DNA from: an uncultured Eubacteriales bacterium
Lineage (GTDB): Bacteria; Bacillota; Clostridia; Christensenellales; UBA1242
Direction: 5' to 3'
Assembly (NCBI GenBank): GCA_949096025.1
Contig: CARXKP010000003.1
Location: 1-61,871 of the forward strand
DNA length: 61,871 nt
Positions 61,597 through 61,871 of the stretch are shown piece by piece. A program made the translations under genes and the position numbers. The stretch's first letter is position 1. Every line of letters starts with the position of its first letter. The notes under the pieces were generated by a model. The model worked only from the letters and a program-made list of their open reading frames with translations. It had not been told where the DNA came from and did no database searches.

Positions 61597-61871
61597 ATGA
61601 AAATGATAATTTACACCTCTTTTCCCTGTACTGTTCTTGCTGGCAAAGAAAAAGAAAACCTGGATATTAATGAGCATCTAATTCTTGAAAGTGACGACAG
61701 CCCAATATTAATCTATCCAAATAATAAGAAAAATTCATTTTTTGAAATAGACTTAAACAATCAATCTCCTCTTTATAGAGTAATTAAAAAAGAAGATAAA
61801 ATTCTTATATTTTTATTAGATGGCATTCTTATAGAAAATAAGACCTGTCACAATTTTAATTATGATGGAAT
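61597..61871 (+). CDS. Hypothetical protein, N-terminal fragment (continues beyond right window edge)
   Basis: Open frame from the ATG at 61597 to the window end: MKMIIYTSFPCTVLAGKEKENLDINEHLILESDDSPILIYPNNKK... No clear SD. Not in the ORF track because no stop lies in the window. Confidence 0.35.
   Translation, partial: MKMIIYTSFPCTVLAGKEKENLDINEHLILESDDSPILIYPNNKKNSFFEIDLNNQSPLYRVIKKEDKILIFLLDGILIENKTCHNFNYDG

Overview
This is a very AT-rich chromosomal segment that looks like it comes from an endospore-forming Firmicute (Clostridia-like). That origin is inferred from gene content: spmA/spmB, sleB-ypeB, spoIIR, a SipL-like SPOCS/LysM protein, spoIIP and veg.

About 55 protein genes and one tRNA are supported, and almost all lie on the minus strand. 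Housekeeping genes dominate:
- Replication and repair: recO, dnaB, ssb, priA, addB-addA.
- Translation: rpsF-ssb-rpsR, rpmE, gltX, def-fmt, rlmN, rsgA, rsmA, typA.
- Metabolism: glmS, rpe, kdgK-eda.

The ORF track needs these corrections:
- It misses a 623-codon surface-protein gene that runs off the left edge (1..1870, minus strand).
- It misses a 50-aa yqzL-like gene upstream of recO.
- It misses a partial gene at the right edge.
- ORF 4102..4926 reads through a tRNA-Val(TAC) gene.
- Several starts needed trimming: rpsF, fmt, priA, eda, the coupling ATPase and the first gene of the PIN operon.

Most interesting observations:
1. Both large Listeria-Bacteroides-repeat surface-protein genes are preceded by the same promoter architecture, TTGACA-N9-G9-TA(A/G)AAT. 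A 9-nt G run fills half of the 18-nt spacer. This is a candidate slipped-strand phase-variation switch.
2. The 1340-aa surface gene carries a 445-bp perfect direct repeat, offset by exactly 358 codons, inside a diverged tandem module duplication.
3. A translationally coupled three-gene operon of unknown function ends in a split PIN-domain nuclease.
4. A monocistronic VirD4/TraG-like coupling ATPase and a TcpH/VirB6-like polytopic membrane protein sit in core context with no other transfer genes visible.
5. A 588-bp gene-free region holds two tandem structured units with compensatory stem changes. These are a candidate ncRNA pair.
6. A membrane-anchored protein with an HEPN-like RNxxAH motif lies directly behind the tRNA.

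All coordinates were counted by hand and all homology statements are motif recognition. No database search was run.
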